The notes under the pieces were generated by a model that was not told the DNA's origin, did not search any database, and saw only the letters and a program-made list of their open reading frames with translations. A stretch of 64,000 bases of DNA from a virus (Duplodnaviria > Caudoviricetes), in the IMG/VR virus record IMGVR_UViG_3300049170_000080, positions 888 through 64,887 of that record; one strand, 5' to 3'. Position 1 is the first letter of the stretch. Each line of letters starts with the position of its first letter. Positions 62,567 through 64,000 of this stretch are shown piece after piece. A program made the position numbers and the translations under genes.

Positions 62567-63760
62567 ATGCTCGCCGAAGTGCAACACGCGGTCGAACGGG
62601 TGCCCGTGCTCGCATGGGCCACCCTCCTCCCCCTGATCACCCTCGCCTTCGGATACCGGATCGCCCGGAAAACCGACCCCCGCGCCACCTCCCGCAAGCC
62701 CCGCGACAAGGCCAAGCGCCGCACCCTCACCGGCCTCCTCGGCATGGGCCTCGTCGTCACCGCCGGCCTCGCCCTCTCCACCAACACCAGCGCCCGCTTC
62801 GCCCTCACGCGACTCCACATGGACTCGCCCTGGCACATGACCATCGGCCTCGCCCTGGAAGCAATCGTCCTCGGCCTGTCCGTCTACTCCTGGGCCTTCC
62901 ACGACAAGAGCGTCGCCCGCGTCGTGTACGCCCTCGTCCTCGCCCAGGCCATCGGCGCCGTCGAAGTCACCAGGTTCGAAGGCGAGGACCTGGGCACCGC
63001 CCTCGTCCGCATCGTCGGCCCGGTCATGCTTGCCTACGGCCTCCACAAGCTCCTTGGCCTCGAGTCCAAGCTCGGCAAGATCGAGATCAAGTCCGACGGC
63101 ATCCTCGCCCGGCTGTGGACCGATCAGAAGAACCGGCTCGAGAGCCGACTCGGCATCGGCTCCCGCGGCGCCGACGCGGCCGCGATTTCCCGCGCCAACG
63201 CCGCCGACAAATTCGTGCACCTGAATTCCGTCGGAAAGCCGCGCCGCATGTCCGACCGCGCCTACCGCAACGCCCTCGTGAAATCCGGCCGGGCCGCCCT
63301 GCACGGCCTGGAAGGGATTGAGCGGCAGATGGCGGAGGCCCACCTCGTCGACCGCATCGCCTACGAGAAGGGCATGCAGCTCGGCGGCGACCACTTCGAA
63401 ACCGCCCTGATGCGAGGGGTGCGGTCGAACACCGGCACAGCAGGAACGGACGCAGCTCTTCCGTATGGGATGGGCTTTCTGGCCAGCGCGGCTACCCAAG
63501 CCGCACCCTCCGGCCACACCGCAGACACAGCCGAGCCGCACAGCGACAAGCCGCAGCCGCGTTCGAACCCCGCCACAACCGACGCCGAGCGCAAGGCCCG
63601 CGCCTTCCGCGTCTACGCAGACCTCGGACAGCCCTCCCAGCGCGCCTTCATCAAGGAATGGCGCGACCGCAAGTACGGCGAAACCGACCAGACCCTCCGC
63701 GAGCTCTACAACGAAATGCACGAGGCCTTCGAGAAGGCGCGGAAGGGAAACACCGAATGA
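62567..63760 (+). CDS. SpdB-like multi-TM plasmid spread protein candidate
   Basis: Four to five TM segments, VRIVGPVM..LH..LGLE motif resembling Streptomyces Spd proteins, C-terminal HTH-like tail. Confidence 0.5.
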   Translation: MLAEVQHAVERVPVLAWATLLPLITLAFGYRIARKTDPRATSRKPRDKAKRRTLTGLLGMGLVVTAGLALSTNTSARFALTRLHMDSPWHMTIGLALEAIVLGLSVYSWAFHDKSVARVVYALVLAQAIGAVEVTRFEGEDLGTALVRIVGPVMLAYGLHKLLGLESKLGKIEIKSDGILARLWTDQKNRLESRLGIGSRGADAAAISRANAADKFVHLNSVGKPRRMSDRAYRNALVKSGRAALHGLEGIERQMAEAHLVDRIAYEKGMQLGGDHFETALMRGVRSNTGTAGTDAALPYGMGFLASAATQAAPSGHTADTAEPHSDKPQPRSNPATTDAERKARAFRVYADLGQPSQRAFIKEWRDRKYGETDQTLRELYNEMHEAFEKARKGNTE

Positions 63761-64000
63761 TGCGCGGCCCCAAAGGCTCGGAAAGGTGCCTGACCAGCCA
63801 GCCCTTTTCTCCCACCGAGACCGTTCTCAAGACTTCTGAAAGGACGTACAGGAGGTGAGTGCACAGCCGATTACTCCCTTCCAGATCAGCCCATCGGCAA
63901 CCTCTCCGGACGCTACTGTGAGTGACAGCGATGGCGGCGGGGCGGGGCGGGGAAGCGCCGCGAGGCTGCTGAACGACCACGAGGGGGCCTTGTGCGCGGT

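Noticed and set aside
1-64000. tRNA, rRNA, transposase, cas genes, attP/attL
   Set aside because: None recognised by eye; a tRNAscan/Infernal/HMM run would be needed to exclude divergent copies

Overview
High-GC actinobacterial (Streptomyces-like) temperate phage / phage-plasmid segment. It opens with the end of a lysis and late cassette (endolysin C-terminus, holin, collagen-like and lectin proteins). It then runs through thyX, a mosaic accessory region, a convergent pair of atypical tyrosine recombinases, a WYL/RHH/Sak4-like/C5-methyltransferase block, a plasmid-type replicon (wHTH Rep with internal DnaA boxes; parA, partner gene and two parS-like palindromes) and long operons of small phage genes (PAPS-reductase family, RusA, two WhiB, amino-methyltransferase, DUF1643, NERD). 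The right part holds a cas-less three-repeat type I-E-like CRISPR mini-array, a secreted DSTWG-repeat peptide gene divergent from a LuxR-type regulator, a YhhQ/VUT plus TGT-fold (DpdA-like) pair, a lambda-like replication module (initiator with internal iterons plus DnaB), an XRE-TPR regulator and the start of an Spd-like membrane gene region. Most notable: a candidate peptide signalling system, the orphan CRISPR mini-array with structured spacers, a four-copy palindromic promoter heading four operons that each carry a candidate DNA-modification enzyme, a minimal deazaguanine salvage/insertion pair and a dual-frame C5 methyltransferase locus. All family assignments come from motif recognition by eye; no database searches were run, and many start codons are best guesses.
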